From Bifidobacterium breve (GTDB taxonomy: Bacteria; Actinomycetota; Actinomycetes; S36-B12), in NCBI GenBank assembly GCA_945900705.1, contig CAMDKJ010000002.1:1-46180 (forward strand): a stretch of DNA of 46,180 bases. The letters are read 5' to 3'. Shown one piece after another: positions 45,934 to 46,180 of this stretch. A program made the translations under genes and the position numbers. How positions within the stretch are numbered: position 1 is the first letter of the stretch; every line of letters begins with the position of its first letter. The notes under the pieces are model-generated. The model did not search any database and was not told the origin of the DNA. It worked only from the letters and a program-made list of their open reading frames with translations.

Positions 45934-46180
45934 GTGACCACACGACAGCCTCCGAGGCGGCCATTTATCGCCTTTGGCATCGGCATCGCCTTAGTAGCAA
46001 CGACCTTCATGTTCGCGCCAACCGCGGCGGCCGTTGAAACCTCGGTCGTGTGCCCGACCGCACCCCAGCCGGTAACCACCGCGCAAACTGACGCGCTATT
46101 CACGTTGGCCGCCGACCGGCTCTACACCGCTGCCAATGTCGCAAACCTGGGGTCGCCTTCGATCAAATACCCATTTGGCG
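45934..46180 (+). CDS. 5' part of a secreted protein gene running off the right edge
   Basis: GTG at 45934 is preceded by AGGAGA (7 nt spacer). The frame stays open to the window end. Product is VTTRQPPRRPFIAFGIGIALVATTFMFAPTAAAVETS..., a signal peptide with an AAA cleavage site. It is absent from the ORF track, probably because no stop falls within the window. Confidence 0.45.
   Translation, partial: MTTRQPPRRPFIAFGIGIALVATTFMFAPTAAAVETSVVCPTAPQPVTTAQTDALFTLAADRLYTAANVANLGSPSIKYPFG

Noticed and set aside
45768-46103. A 111-aa minus-strand ORF after qor.
   Set aside because: It has no motifs and overlaps a plus-strand open frame (from GTG 45934) that has a Shine-Dalgarno sequence and a clear signal peptide. 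The plus-strand frame is preferred.

Overview
High-GC, gene-dense chromosomal segment that looks actinobacterial: Tat signals, polyphosphate glucokinase, NlpC/P60, and frequent GTG starts with 1-4 nt start/stop overlaps. I found no rRNA, CRISPR array, transposase or integrase. The centrepiece is a roughly 16 kb bacterial microcompartment (BMC) super-locus at about 12.6-29.0 kb. Its minus-strand operon encodes a GntR regulator, SDR, APH-fold kinase, BMC-T, BMC-H, BMC-P, a 108-aa protein with an encapsulation-peptide-like helix, a second BMC-T, an acylating aldehyde dehydrogenase and a class-III-aminotransferase-fold enzyme. This is the gene content and order of the RMM aminoacetone/1-amino-2-propanol metabolosome. 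A divergent plus-strand operon encodes an APC permease, a formamidase/acetamidase, a DUF336/GlcG protein, a B12 diol dehydratase with fused large and medium subunits, its small subunit and a reactivase large subunit, followed by a Zn alcohol dehydrogenase. Flanking genes are ordinary: three tRNAs (Arg-ACG, Ser-GCT, Ser-TGA), a LacI-controlled CUT2-type sugar ABC transporter with two palindromic operators, potABCD, trpB2, NlpC/P60, lhgO, a MoeA-like protein, TauE and Qor. There is also a translationally coupled ThDP-decarboxylase / membrane protein / DDAH-like operon placed directly behind a tRNA. All calls rest on reading the ORF translations for motifs and on synteny. No BLAST or HMM search was possible, so family names are recognitions rather than search results.
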